A stretch of DNA of 64,000 nucleotides from Eledone cirrhosa (lineage: Eukaryota). The notes under the pieces were generated by a model, which saw only the letters and a list, made by a program, of their open reading frames with translations, made no database searches and was not told the origin of the DNA. The position numbers and the translations under genes are program-made. Positions 1 to 13,160 of this stretch are shown here, piece by piece. Each line of letters begins with the position of its first letter. Position 1 is the stretch's first letter. Location of the stretch: positions 237,832,001 to 237,896,000 of the forward strand of contig OZ024743.1 of NCBI GenBank assembly GCA_964016885.1, read 5' to 3'.

Positions 1-562
1 ATGGTGATTGCTGATATGATGATGGTGTATACACATATAAGTTGCTGTTGCTGGTGTTGTTATTATTGTCACTGTTGCTGTCGTTGCCTTCCTCTTGTTA
101 ATGGTAGTGATAGTTGTTACTGCTGCCTATTTCGACTGTCAAGCTGGCTGCTGAATCAACTTCTGTGAGTGAAGCTCTAATGCCTTCTTTATCACAATAC
201 ACTGGGTAATTGCTAGCCTTGTGCCAAATGTAGAAACAACTAACTTACTTCATATTATTTTATTGTAATTTTATTGTCATTTTGATTTATTCCTGTTTTA
301 TATTTTCTTAAACCTAAATAGCATTTTTATTCTTAACTTCTCATCCCTGATTTCTATCACGTGGTGGATAGTCACTTCCACAAACAATTATAAGCTTTCT
401 GATGAAGTGTGATAAATACTTAAGTAATGCATATGATTGAACAATATATATTGTAGTCAGCATATGTAGACAATTAAATAGACATAGAAACATATGTTAA
501 AGCAAATAAATTCCTAATTTCCTTTCTCGCCGAAGTTTATATTTTTCTTGGTGCATTACTTG

Positions 563-564
<2 letters not shown>

Positions 565-646
<82 letters not shown>
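565..646. repeat. (TA)n microsatellite, representative of many (TA)n/(CA)n/(GA)n tracts in the window
   Basis: Direct. Similar tracts at about 2660-2770, 4180-4240, 6170-6220, 12300-12383, 15470-15680, 20360-20510, 21150-21238, 25860-26095, 28680-28840, 34310-34485, 38635-38730, 54800-54945, 56045-56115, 62815-62880. They generate the spurious YIYI/THTH/RERE ORFs. Confidence 0.98.
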
Positions 647-649
<3 letters not shown>

Positions 650-2696
650 GAAGATTATATGAGGCACTTTGAAGTGTCTTTCAAATTAGTCCAGAGGCTT
701 TTTAATTCAAATATTGTCCACCCAAAGCACCAACAACAACAACCACAGAACCAACAACAGCAACAAAAATAACCACTACAACCATGCAAGAAGCGGCCAC
801 TCCTAAATGACTAGTTCAACTACTACTGTACACATTCTAGCTATTCAAATTTGCTTCTTCCTCAAAGTATCCAAGTGGCTGAACACTACCATTTTCAACA
901 TTTAGACTCCTTAAATAACTCCTCAAAATGACATTGTGTTGAAGCCTAAATTCTGCAATATCAGGAATATGTTTAGATTTTTTATATAAGACTATTATTT
1001 ATCTCCCTATAGGTTATATGATTATTTTCTTTATCTTTCTGACTTTTTTTATATATTTATAACAGTTTTTTTAAAAACATATTTCTCTTATAAAATTCTA
1101 CCTATCTATAAAATTCTTGTGTACACCCTATCCCACTTTACCATTAGAATCTTTAACAACACTGTTAATAATAAATATCTGGAATACGTTCCAACTCAGA
1201 CTGATTGGGGTGACTTTCGTTCTTAAGCGTAGGGACGGGGAGTTTGGACCACATTCCTGGAGTGGTTGGAAATTATAAAGGTTTCCCTGTTCTCATTTTA
1301 TGATATACTCGGAACGGGTGGTGGATTCCCGGACCCAATGCGGGCACGTGGTCACCACCGAGGTCTGATTAGAACCCTTAACCACGCTTCTTCCTGTATA
1401 TTAGTATAGAATCACATTACACTGTAAAATCTAATATAAACCCAACCTTAGTTAACCAAACCGAACCGAACATTGACCTTTCTTAACTTTGTCCATTCCA
1501 AGATAATTGTATAACTTCCTCATTAAGATCATTAACATAACTCCTACTATTAATTATCTGCTGTACGTGACTACACTGACTGACTCCAGGGACTTCCATT
1601 TCTATCTTTTTGCCACTATCATTTATATACATATTCTAGTTCATTTATTTCTTCAATTAGGATAATAACCGCTATTATTTATCTGATTTATGCTGCACAA
1701 CCAACTAAATAATCTTTTTTTTTTTTTTTATACAGTGATTGTTATAGGCATACATATGTGGATTTGGGATTTCACCTCAGCCCTGTATATCCTTTAGCAC
1801 TATCAACTGGAGATCTATTCAGCATATTTTTCTGTAATTTGATACCCCTTACTGCAGGGACCCGCGATGACAGTTTTTAATTTTTACCTTGTAGGCTTAT
1901 TTAGAATTTTTTCGTAACCGTAATACAATTTTCTGTTAGTTGACCTATATACTAAAGGGCTTCACTGATAGGGTTATGTGTGTTAACATTTCCCAGTTCC
2001 ATCTTATGGAAAGAAGTTGTGGTGAATCTTTGGAATAGTGCTTAATAAATATTAATGGCCCTAATAATTGTTCCAATGTTCAAAATTGGCCTGCCAATGG
2101 AATATGTTGCACACACCTGCCTTACAGCCAAAACCAAACTGATCTATCTAATGGCACCAGCCTCTAGTAAAGATGAATACATTATAGTAGTAAGTTGCCT
2201 CGTGGTGATATTACATCCCCACTACCTAACAAGCTGTCTACCCATACACCAATAAAATATTCATTTATTTATTCAGGGGCAGTCAGTCTAAATGAATGGA
2301 CGTAGGCTGCCCCTGAATCAAATATCTCTAATTTCATTTTTTATTCTTTGTCTCCATGTACCTAGCTTGTGTTACCATGATTCCATTATGATTGTTATGC
2401 AATACTCCTGATAATGTTGCTGGAATTTTACTGGCCATTGAAATATATATAGTGTCTGCAGAAATAAATACTTTGAGGGAATCTCAACTTTCCGGGCTCT
2501 TCTCACTTTATTCAATAATATTTAACTCCGCACCACCAACAGATTCTTACACCAAACATGATCGAGTTGCATCATGTTGAGTGCTTTTCGTACTATTACA
2601 TCATGGTTTACAATACGGAATGATCAGTTCTATCCAGTGGTGAATCACCAACTTCAATGAATACACACACACACACACACATACACACACACACAG

Positions 2697-2763
<67 letters not shown>

Positions 2764-2828
2764 CACACACACTATGTAGCTGGGTGGTAGTGGCGTTTAA
2801 CAGGTCAACGTTGTGAAAAGAAGATTTC

Positions 2829-2879
<51 letters not shown>

Positions 2880-3054
2880 ATATGTATCGGTTTGCTTATA
2901 TGTGTGCTTCATCCTTAGATCCTTATGTATAATATAATGGGGGCAATTACATATATAAGTTTTCGTTTATATTTGTTAATGAATAGTTTTTCTTTATGTA
3001 TTCTCTGCTGTTTTGTGAAAGAGTCTGAGCACTTATAAAGGGGGTGGGGGGATT

Positions 3055-3960
3055 TTAAAGTTGGGTAGGATCATTCCTGCACATGTGGTTACTCGGGGTG
3101 ATTTTTCTCTTGTTTTCGTCTCGGATTTGTTGGTGATGGAAGGTCATTCTTTTGCATAATGACACCCCCGTCTCTCCTATGTAGTTATGCCGACATCCAC
3201 TGCATGTGATTACATAGATCAAGTTCTCTGAGTTGCAGGTGGAGTTGTTTTTCACTATAAATGTTTAGCCGTCTTTAAATGTGAATTCTTGTCCTTCGAT
3301 TAAGTATAGGCATGTGACACAGTTTGTTCTTCTGCATTTTGTCACAGTAGGGTTTGGTATATGTTTGTGTATTTTTGTTCCAACGAGAATGTGTTTTAGT
3401 GATTTGGGTTGTCTTTTACTTTTGAAGATTTTCTAGGATTTTTTTCATTTTTCCATCTTCAAATAGAGCGAGGTATTTTTGTGGAGGTGGACGAACAATT
3501 CAGTGTTTCTGGGGTTGTTCTTGATTTTGTGTTTTGGTTTAAGTTCGTGGAAATCTGCGTGCTTTGCTCTGTCTATTCCGTTATTAAGAATGTTAAGTGG
3601 GAAAGCTCATAGGGTAAGTATGTTTTTTAGTTCATTTAGTCTTTGCTCCTGTTTAGTTGGGTCTGATACTATAATGCATATCCGTTTGGCTAAGTTTAAA
3701 GGAATATTTAGTTTTGTATGTTTTGGGTGACTTGGTGTGAAGAGAAGGTACTTTTTGGAGTCCGTGGTTTTATAAAAGGTGTCGGCTTCTATTTTCCCGT
3801 CTGCTTTTTTGTAATTGGGATATCTAAGAAGGATAATTCCTTGGGGTTGGGTTCCATTGTGAATTGTATGTTGTTGTTTATGTTGTTTATCATATTCGTT
3901 TTAATTCAGTGAATGTATTCAGGTTTTCCTGTCATAGTATAAAGCTATCGCCTAGGTATC
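3055..3960 (-). mobile_element. Penelope-like element fragment (RT thumb + C-terminal GIY-YIG; Neptune/Poseidon-like), decayed
   Basis: Minus-strand translation gives FLDIPI..FYKTTDSKKYLLFTPSHPKHTKLNIP (PLE RT thumb), a CxxxxCxTC linker, and TCNSENLIYVITCSGCRHNYIGETG..KRM (GIY-YIG, ORF 3055-3255). Interrupted by stops/frameshifts. Confidence 0.85.
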
Positions 3961-4178
3961 TCTCGCAGTTGATTTGAGATAGATGTGTATGGAAAGTGTC
4001 TCCGAATAGTAGTAGGGAGTAACTGTAGAGTTTTTGTTCGTAGAATTCCATGACTAAGCTGGTGGTGGTAATTGCCTGTATTTGTTTGTCGAGGAGTTAC
4101 AGGCATCGTTTATGAGTTTGTATTTGTGGATCTTTGTGAAGGCGTAAAAGATATTCGTTATATATATACGTGTATATA

Positions 4179-4243
<65 letters not shown>

Positions 4244-4650
4244 AGGAGGGGATTTCATTAGTAACTAATCTATGGAAAAATACTAATGATATTATAAAAT
4301 GATTTATAAAATTACATAATAAGATCAATGCAACATTTTTGAAATTTTTATTGACAGCTATACATGAATTCCCCCGATCCTTCTAAACAAAGAACTAATA
4401 ATGGCCTTCATTAATATTACTAGATAGGATATTGTATGGGCTGTCCGGTCACTGATATAGCATATATATATATAACGTCAATCAACTCAAGAGTAAGGGA
4501 GTAGTAAATATGAAATTATGTCTAGCGGTATCTATACTTGTCTTTGTCCTGGGTACAAATATTCACTTGTTTGTTTGATCTATACATGTGTGAAAATCTA
4601 CGGTTCTTCCATCCACTAACAGGGAAATATTTATTTATACTTTCAAAGAA

Positions 4651-4741
4651 GTCATCTGAAGAGTCTGAACATTTTTAATATTGTCTATTGTATTTAATGG
4701 AATCGTCATATTTTCTTATCAGACGAAACTGCAGTAATGGC
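4651..4741 (+). ncRNA. Type I hammerhead ribozyme motif
   Basis: Stem I GTCAT/ATGGC; core CTGAAGA 4656-4662; stem II GTCTGA/TCAGAC with a 50-nt loop; GAAA 4725-4728; palindromic stem III CTGCAG; GTA cleavage triplet. Confidence 0.8.
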
Positions 4742-6166
4742 GAGATTAACGGTAGAGCAGGTTTATTTTAGACCGCTTTCTAGGAATCTACCATAGCTAA
4801 ATTTGTAAATGTTAGTCTATATGTATAAACGTTAGTCTTAGTGGTATTTACAGAGGCATTACTAGGGGAAATAGTGTCTATGGCAATCAGTGAAATTGTG
4901 CCCTTGCCCATCACTGTATTTTTACCAATAGGCCTAATAATTTATATAAAGGATTTAATGATCCAACCACCATAGTGTTTTCACCGATGATAATCAGAGA
5001 TAGATCATATATCTGAAGGAGTTTTTTTTTTAACTCTCCGACGAGGTTTATTTGACTTTCAAGGACGTGCTCCTGGTTTAATTGGCACCCCCTTCATGTG
5101 GCACCTATGAGTGAAAGTGGGGGTGAGAAAAGAAAATGTGGAACTTCCGAAAGAGTATCCTCCACCTCCAACAAACTTCCCTTCCACCTCTGGGTCCCGG
5201 CCGACAGAATGGAGAATGCATTGCCCCGGTGGACGGCGAGGGAGACGCTCTAGAACAGCCACTCCACCTTTTGATTATTGGGGTTTGGGTGTTGGACAGT
5301 CATGCTATGTCGCCTACGAGTAGGCGACACAGCATGACTACATCATTGTAGGTATACATTCTTAGCATACAATAAAAGCCAACAAGCTTGGGGATTCCGA
5401 ACTTATGACCTATGAACTTTGAAGGGTGGTAATCCATTCCACCTGTCTGTCTCCCTCTCTCTGTTTCTCTCATTATCTCTCTTTCTCTCGCTTTTTTGTG
5501 TCTTTAATGTGTTTCTTTCTTGGCTTTTCTGACTTTCTCTATTAGGTCTATCTCTGACTGTTCAAAAAAGGGAGCTTCTTATTGTTGCTGAAAGAAAATC
5601 GCTATAGGATTGATAACATTTGTAGCTCTTGTTATTTCGCTTCCATCTGATATGAAACTATATTGTAAGTGTTGAATTTTAAAATATATTAAACTAACAC
5701 CAACAAAATCAAATACGTTATCAATAAATGCTTTTATTTTTGTAAAAATTATTTTGAAATATGAAGTATATATAACTTGGTGATGGTGGAGGTGAGAGTA
5801 AACTACTAAAATATTGTGGTAAATCTGTTTCTTCTCTCCTCTCTGTGTCTCTTTTCTCTACCTATGAGTTTTTTTCTCACCCATCTCTCTAAAGTGCTTC
5901 AAACTTTGATGGTGTGTTTGAACTGTATCTTTTAGCTTACATTTGCAGTTTTTCGTTTTTTATTAGTGTATGTGTGTGTGGTGGTGGGGGGGGGGGGTGT
6001 TAGAAGTATTAAAACGAGGCCCATATTCTAAGGTTTAAATACATTTAATGTCTGTAAGTGTAACAAAGTTTATATACAATATATTTTCTTTTCCCTTTTT
6101 CCTTATACAAGTTTACAGCACAAAATCTCATCTGTTTGTGGGATGAATGCACCATTCTCTTCAGAT

Positions 6167-6224
<58 letters not shown>

Positions 6225-6658
6225 AGTATAGTACCAGTCAAAATTACAGGGTTTATGGTTAAAATATATTCAATTTAATTCCTTGATTAAAACTTACTAT
6301 GTAAAAATGCTTGAATCCACTAGTTTCCTTTAGTGGCATTGGCCATCCCCGTATATCATTTTACATACGTACAGTCAAATCAATTACAGTAATTTTCCCC
6401 CATATTTTCTGTAACCATTGTCAAACCTCTCTCCAAATTTCGTTAACTTTGTCCTACCGATGTGTCTGTCTACGAATATATTTGGTCTGCTATTGGGATT
6501 CATGATTTGTTGTTATTGTACTTGTCCAAAGATAGGTACACTGGTAATTATACATAAATAACTATAGAAAGACAGTCAAAGAAACAGATAGACAGGCAGA
6601 TAGATGGACAGGTAGGTAGTTAGATACATATATAGCTAGAAGGATATGTATATGGGTT

Positions 6659-7108
6659 TTTAGTGGGTTGGTCATAAGGTTATTTACTCCAGTAAATACC
6701 ACTGCATGCCAACCACTAATTTAATTTGAAAGAAGATATAGAATAACTTTTATGTAATTTTCCTTCGTTAGAATTATCTCTCTTCATTCGAAGTAATAAT
6801 TGAAGCATGACGAATATCTCAAAACGAGTATCAATAACAATTGGTATTTATTGTAGTGCGTGTATTACAATTTGGTAACATAACGTACCTTGTTACATGA
6901 TTAAAGTGTAATTCTGAAATACAAGATAGGATTAGAAAAAGCTTAACATGTTTGTGCTCGGTGTGGTCAGTTCGAGAAGCTGTTGCCAAAGAGGGAGATT
7001 ACCCTTTTCTCTTTCTTTTATAATACCTGGAACGGAAGTTCAAGGAATGTTCTAGAAATTCTACGGGAAGTATCTCTAGCTACTTCCCTTTATCTAGAGA
7101 GCGCTACA
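6659..7108 (-). repeat. 3' LTR of the Gypsy element
   Basis: Direct repeat of 11450-11899 with about 12 substitutions by manual count (~97% identity). Preceded on the minus strand by the PPT GAGAGGGGAG (around 7112-7121). Confidence 0.96.
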
Positions 7109-7457
7109 AGACTCCCCTCTCAGACGAGAAGTCGAATAACCAACCGAAGGTCATTGTAGCGAGAACCCGTAAGAAATGAGGAGCAAAACAAAGGTACAAG
7201 AAAATGCATGAATAAAACATGAGCTCGCAACTGAAGCAAATAGCAAAGAAGCACCAAACCAGTAAATGCATTTTACAAAGAAAAAATGTAAATGTAACAA
7301 AACTGATAATTCAAAGTTAACATAAAGGAACAGAGAAGAATTAATGCTCAATGGTAAGTTCAAAGTATTTTCAGAATCAAATAGTTCATACATCACCAGT
7401 GTACAGACTTTTCTGACACTAATTCTATCTGAAACTGAAAAGAGTTTGTTAATGCCA

Positions 7458-10400
7458 CTAGGCGTTAAATGTATATAGTTTTGACAATTTACGTGGCCAT
7501 TTTACTGTCCTGCCACTTCGTGTGACATAAGGTTGTGTGGTATGTTGTGTTTGCGGTGGAGGTGAAGGTGTTGGTGTGGGAGTGAATGTACGAGGTGTAT
7601 CAGGCATTGAAATGAGACTTTCAGAGAAAGCCCTCTTTGCTCTGTCAATGGATATTGTCTCTTTTCGACCATTGACAGCCACTGTGAAATGTTTTGGTGT
7701 GTGCGAAAGCACACGAAAAGGTCCATTATAGGGTGACGTAAGCGGTCCCTTGACGGAAACATTCCGTATAAAAATGTGTGTCCACGTAGAGATGTCCGAT
7801 CGAACAGCAGAAGCAATAGACTGGTTACGAGGGTTCATTGGTGGAAAATCCGAGAAGTAAGAACGAATCCTGGTGACATATGATGTTGGATCAAGATGCG
7901 ATGAATCAACCGATGCTAATATTTGACCGGGAAGAGTCAAGGTGGAACCGTAAAGAAGTTCAGCTGAGGAGAAACCCAAATCTGTCTTAACGGCAGAACG
8001 ACAACCAAGAAGCACGATTGGCAAAAATTCGGTCCAACGTTGCGGATCAGGTGTAGCGCGGAGTGCAGCTTTCAACTGTCTGTGAAACCTCTCCGCCATT
8101 CCGTTGGAGGCTGGGTGATAGCTGGTGGTATGAATGTGATGAGCACCCCAAAGTCGTGATATTTCACGAAATAAGGAAACCTCGAACTGGCGTCCCCGAT
8201 CCGTGGTTATTTTAGAAGGAACACCAAAGCGAGCAACCCAATTGAAAATGAAAGCTCGGGCAACGGACTCGGCTGTTATGTCCACTAGGGGTATGGCTTC
8301 AGGCCACCGAGAGAAACGATCGATACAGGTCAATATATATGTGAACCCACGACTAATGGCCAAGGACCAACAATATCCATGTGAATGTGACGGAAACGAG
8401 CGTCCGGCGGGCTGAATTTACCAAAAGGAGCGCGAATATGCCGATGAACCTTAGAGCGCTGACACTGCAAACAAGAAAGTGCCCAACCGGTAATTAAACG
8501 ACGCATGTTAGGCCAGAAGAATCGGGCCGTGATGAGCTTCACCGTGGCAGCTATGCCGGGATGCGACAAGGAATGAAGTGCATCAAAAATGGTACGCTGA
8601 TGACAATCTGGAACAAGTGGTCTGGGTGAGCCGGTAGAAATGTCGCAAATAATTTTCCCTTCAGCAGACGGAAGAGGTAAATATTCAACTCACAGCAGGA
8701 AAACTGTGTAGAAGGAGTATCCAGAGAATCCAAAGAAGGTTGGTCAGTCGCAATGGCAACCAAATCAATATGTGCAGGAGATGCAAGGGAACACACAGGG
8801 AGTCGAGACAGTGCGTCCGCGGGTACGTTAGCAGCTCCAGCTATATGATGAATGTCACTGGTGTACTGGGAGATGAAATACAAATGCCTGTATTTTCTCG
8901 GAGAGTAACTGTCGGACTTGGATTGAAGAGCGAATGTGACTGGTTTATGGTCTGTGAATACCGTGAACTCCCGACCTTCAAGAAGATGGTGGAAGTGTCT
9001 CACAGCAAGATAAACTGCTAAAAGCTCTCTGTCAAAAGTACTGTAACGTTGCTCAGCTGGTTTTAGTTGGCGTGAGAAAAACGCCAGTGGTTGAAACTGC
9101 TGGTTGATTGTATGTTGCAAGACTGCTCCCACAGCATGGTCGGACGCATCGACAGTTAAGGATAGCCTCGCGTTCGCAAAAGGATGAGCCAGAAAGGAAA
9201 CTTTAGCTATTTCGGAAATGGCGGATTCAAAAGATTGCAAAGTATCGGCAGAAAGTGAAATGGGAGCATCTTTCTTTTTCGCAGCCTTTAAAAACTGTGT
9301 TAAGGGAAACAACTTGTCCGCACAGTTAGGGATGAAACGACGATAAAAGTTGATTAATCCTAAGAAATGACGTAACTGCCTCAATGAGGTGTGGGGTGCG
9401 ATTCGCTAAATCGCTTCCACCTTAGATGGCAGAGGTTGAATGCCTTTTTAATCTATCAGATGTCCTAGGAATTCCAGTGAAGCTGAACCAAACACACATT
9501 TAGCTGGGTTGATTCTGACCTGGTACGATTGAAGACGTTGAAATAACTGGGATAGATGTTGATGGTGATGTTCAGCTGTGTCACTGGCTATCAGGAGGTC
9601 ATCCACATAAGCAAACACGAAATCCAATCCACGCATGACTTCATCGATAAAACGCTGGAACGTACTAGAGGCATTCCGCAAACCAAAAGGCATGGACAGG
9701 AATTCAAATGAACCAAAGAGGCTGGTCACCGTTGTCTTTGGTCTGTCTGGATTCATGGGTATCTGGTGGTATGCACGTACTAGATCTATTTTGGAAAATA
9801 CCGTGCATCCATGAAGGACGGATGAAAAATCCTGTAAGTTGGTGATAGCGTTAAGGTGTGGTGATAGCGTTAAGTCTTCGGTAATCTCCTACCGGTCTAA
9901 AATCCGTCTCACCCTTTCGAGCCAAGTGCAGAGGAGATACCCATGGGCTGGTGGAAGATCGTATAGGACCGAGCCGGAGCATGTGCTCGAACTCGTCTCG
10001 GGCTTTTTTTAGTCTATCCGGAGCCAACCTTCGTGGACGAGAGAAAACAGGTGGACCAGTCGTTGTAATGAAGTGTTGAGTCGAGTGGAATGCCTGGGTA
10101 GGTTTAAATGACATATCCGTTAACTCGGGAAACGAAGTAAGGAGTGCATGAAACTGGTTTCCAGCGGCAGCCACAAAAAATGACCGACTGACAGCAGCAG
10201 CAGTAGATTTACGAGTAGGCGTAGATAAGGATGTGGTATTATCTACAAGCTTCTGTTTCCTGACATCTACCAAAAGTGAATAGTGCTGTAAGAAATCCGC
10301 ACCGAGAATAGGATGAGGTAGGTCGGCAATGACGAAAATCCATTTAAAATCTCGACGCAAAGCTAGGTCCAATGATAAAGATATCTGTCCATAGGCTTTT

Positions 10401-11330
10401 ATAGGAACTGGTTCACTGCATACAAAGAAATGACGGAAAAAGTTGGCTTGGTAGAGCTGAACCGTAAGGGCCAAATACTACAACTTGATCCTGTGTCGTC
10501 CATGAATGACCTGTTTGAGACTCGGTCTCTGATGAAGAAAGCACGATAAGGCGAAATGTTAAGGGAGAGGTCTGCCGTGCCCAGACTCTCCAAACTTAGT
10601 TTTCCGATGCCCTCAAAAGAACAGGGCTTGATACAATGATGTGCCTTATCACTGAAACGCGCATAGCACCAACACAAAGAACTGTTGGCTGGGGAGTTGG
10701 TACGTCGGTGAGAAGAAAAAGACCGACTTCTAGGTGGCGCTCGATCACGACACAGTTTAGCTACTTGACGTGTTAACCCGTCAATAGCTCTCAACATGGC
10801 TTCCTCACTAGGCGAGGCAGGCTGTTTTTTAAGAATAGAAGAAGAAATGACCGAATCAGCCGAGGTAGGCCTCTAGAAAATTCCATAATCCTGTCTCCAG
10901 AGGCAGCAATTTGTTCTATAGAACTGGTGTCAACCATATTCGCCAATATTGTTTGCACATTGGTTGACAATCGGGAGAAGAATAACTTCTTTACGAAGGA
11001 ACTGTCTTCGGGCGCAACATCGCTGAGTTGTCGAATACGCCGCAGAAACTCTGAAGGAGATCTCCACCAGATTTTCATCTTCCAATAATGAACGAAATCT
11101 ACTCCCAGACGACCTATCGTTCCTACGCAGTACCTCTGTCTTCAGAGACTCGTAGGAGGGTCTGTTATGATGTCCTTTACTGTAGTTGCTAGCGAAGCGG
11201 GAATTCCACTAATCAGCAGGTGTAGTTTTTGCTGTGCTGTCTGTACTCCGTTGGCAGCAAAATACGCATCTAGCTGGGCAAACCACAATTTAGCATCGCC
11301 AGAATACGCCGGTAACGATGTGTTGCTCAT
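7458..11330 (-). pseudogene. Gypsy gag-pol polyprotein, multiply frameshifted
   Basis: Gag N-terminus PAYSGDAKLWFAQLDAYF (11142-11330); protease DTGSS (10399-10797); RT MPFGL..YVDDLL (9448-9756); RNase H TVDASDHAVGAVL..YSTFDRELLA (8551-9384); integrase HPG..CLQC and IDRFSRW..TDRG..NGMAERF (7458-8569). Confidence 0.95.
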
Positions 11331-11434
11331 AATTGTGACATGGTGGATGCTGAGCGAGGAATGCTCATAGAAAAAACTTGGTCGGATAAATAGAAGCGAG
11401 AGAGATGATTTTCAGGAGAAATTTTTATGTTCAA

Positions 11435-11448
11435 ACGTCGGGTCACCA
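11435..11448 (-). promoter_or_regulatory. Primer binding site, tRNA-Trp type
   Basis: TGGTGACCCGACGT is complementary (one gap) to the 3' end of eukaryotic tRNA-Trp (...ACGUCGGGGUCACCA). Confidence 0.8.
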
Positions 11449-11449
11449 C

Positions 11450-11899
11450 TTTAGTGGGTTGGTCATTGGGTTATTTACTCCGGTAAATACCACTGCATGC
11501 GAACTACTAATTTAATTTGAAAGAAGATATAGAATAACTTTTATGTAATTTTCCTTCGTAAGAATTATCTCTCTACATTCGAAGTAATAATTGAAGCATG
11601 ACGAATATCTCAAAACGAGTATCAATAACAATTAGTAATTATTGTAGTGCGTGTATTACAATTTGGTAACATAACGTACCTTGTTACATGATTAAAGTGT
11701 AATCCTGAAATACAAGATAGGATTAGAAAAAGCTTAACATATTTGTGCTCGGTGTGGTCAGTTCGAGAAGCTGTTGCCAAAGAGGGAGATTACCCTTTTC
11801 TCTTTCTTTTATAATACCTGGAACGGAAGTTCAAGGAATGTTCTAGAAATTCTACGGGAAGTAACTCTAGCTACTTCCCTTTATCTAGAGAGCGCTACA
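11450..11899 (-). repeat. 5' LTR of the Gypsy element
   Basis: Begins TGTAGCGC on the minus strand and is followed after 1 nt by the PBS. Confidence 0.96.
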
Positions 11900-12294
11900 G
11901 GTTGATTTAGGAGCAACGATGTGTGTCTCATCTGTCAAGAACCTGGAGTCACAGGTCAAGTAGTATGTACGTTTTTCATAGTTGTCTCTTGACAGGACAA
12001 TGGTGGGAACTCCCAACAATAGGTGGTTTTAGAAGCGAGAACGCTCAGATTCGGTTTCGAATCTTCGCCAGGTAAAACATAGGAGTATTCCGTTACACAT
12101 ATATAGACAGACAGATAGATAGATGGATAAAGAGACAGACAGACGGACGAACAGGTTGGTAAAGAAACAAAGATAGGTAGACAATTAGGTTGGTAGACAG
12201 ATAAATTGATATATATACATAATAAATAAATATATACATAGATAAATAGATAGGTATATATATAAATAGATCGACAGATACATATATACATATA

Positions 12295-12381
<87 letters not shown>

Positions 12382-12386
<5 letters not shown>

Positions 12387-12565
12387 AAAAGAGTCAGAAC
12401 CCCGACGGCAAGGCTCAAGCCGTTTCGACAGCTATTTAGAAACGGCTTGAGCTCTGCCGTCGGGGTTCTGACTATTTTCCTATTACCCACACTACTACCC
12501 AAAATATCGAGTACTCTGGTGCGTTATGGTCCACCTAGTTCCATACCACACTCCATTCGTTTTAT
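12382..12565 (+). mobile_element. Solo 3' terminus of PLE family B with fold-back (hairpin 12382-12483), set in (TA)n
   Basis: Same sequence as 23510-23632, 21239-21352 (inverted) and 38730-38860 (inverted). About 45-bp inverted arms. Confidence 0.8.
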
Positions 12566-12648
12566 ATATATATATATATATATATGTCCCAAGGCTCTGA
12601 TACCATCAACACTATAAACACAGAGCCGGCATATCTAAGAACTGACTA

Positions 12649-12704
12649 ACTGCCTGATGAGGTCATAGCCATTCAATGGCTATCATCGAAATATATATAG
12701 CAGT
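12649..12704 (+). ncRNA. Minimal type I hammerhead ribozyme motif
   Basis: Stem I ACTGC/GCAGT; CTGATGA 12654-12660; stem II GGT.ATAGCC/GGCTAT.ATC; GAAA 12688-12691; palindromic TATATA, then TA. Confidence 0.8.
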
Positions 12705-13160
12705 AAATAAAGGATTATGAGTTCATGCAATTGACTTATGTTCATTCACTATATATACACCTAATTGTGTTTAGTTGACTGTATATCTGGTCGATTTCTA
12801 CATGCTGTCGAAATGTTCGATAAACACACCATCGTAGCCGCCGCGAAGGGGCTGCTTTCTGTTATTTGTCGGAGATTTCTTCATAGGAGCCTTTAATCTT
12901 ATAGCTTGGTCTAATTGATTTTTTATATGGTTAATTATGAGAGGAAATGGTATATATTATATCTAGTGATTCTAAAGACATGTTTTATGATATATAGCTC
13001 TGATTATTTAACTTATTAATTCTTCATTGAGCCACAACGTGACCCGTTGCAAAACACATATATATCTATGACTTTATATATATGTAAACCTTTATATGTA
13101 TATATATATATATATAAGAAAAGAAATAAGATTTTGCTTCCAGCATAGCTTTATACAATA

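Larger units (their letters stand above)
6659..11899 (-). mobile_element. Ty3/Gypsy LTR retrotransposon, structurally complete, coding region decayed
   Basis: Two 450-bp LTRs; 4-bp TSD GGTT (6655-6658 and 11900-11903); PBS and PPT present; domain order gag-PR-RT-RH-IN on the minus strand. Confidence 0.97.

Noticed and set aside
394-461. HHR-like relic (CTGATGA ... CAATATATATTG TA)
   Set aside because: Stem I barely pairs and the core/stem II is damaged; treated as a decayed copy. The same applies to relics near 31179, 40325(-), 47366, 51715(-) and 52437.
548-772. YI-repeat/polyQ ORF and all similar YIYI, THTH and RERE ORFs
   Set aside because: Translations of microsatellites.
5059-5351. Overlapping 67-71 aa ORFs
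   Set aside because: No recognisable domain; expected by chance in GC-richer repeat sequence.
5545-5671. Possible distant 5' UTR exon of SLC22 (CT-rich upstream sequence, GTAAGT donor near 5666)
   Set aside because: Only a donor-like hexamer; cannot be supported without transcripts.
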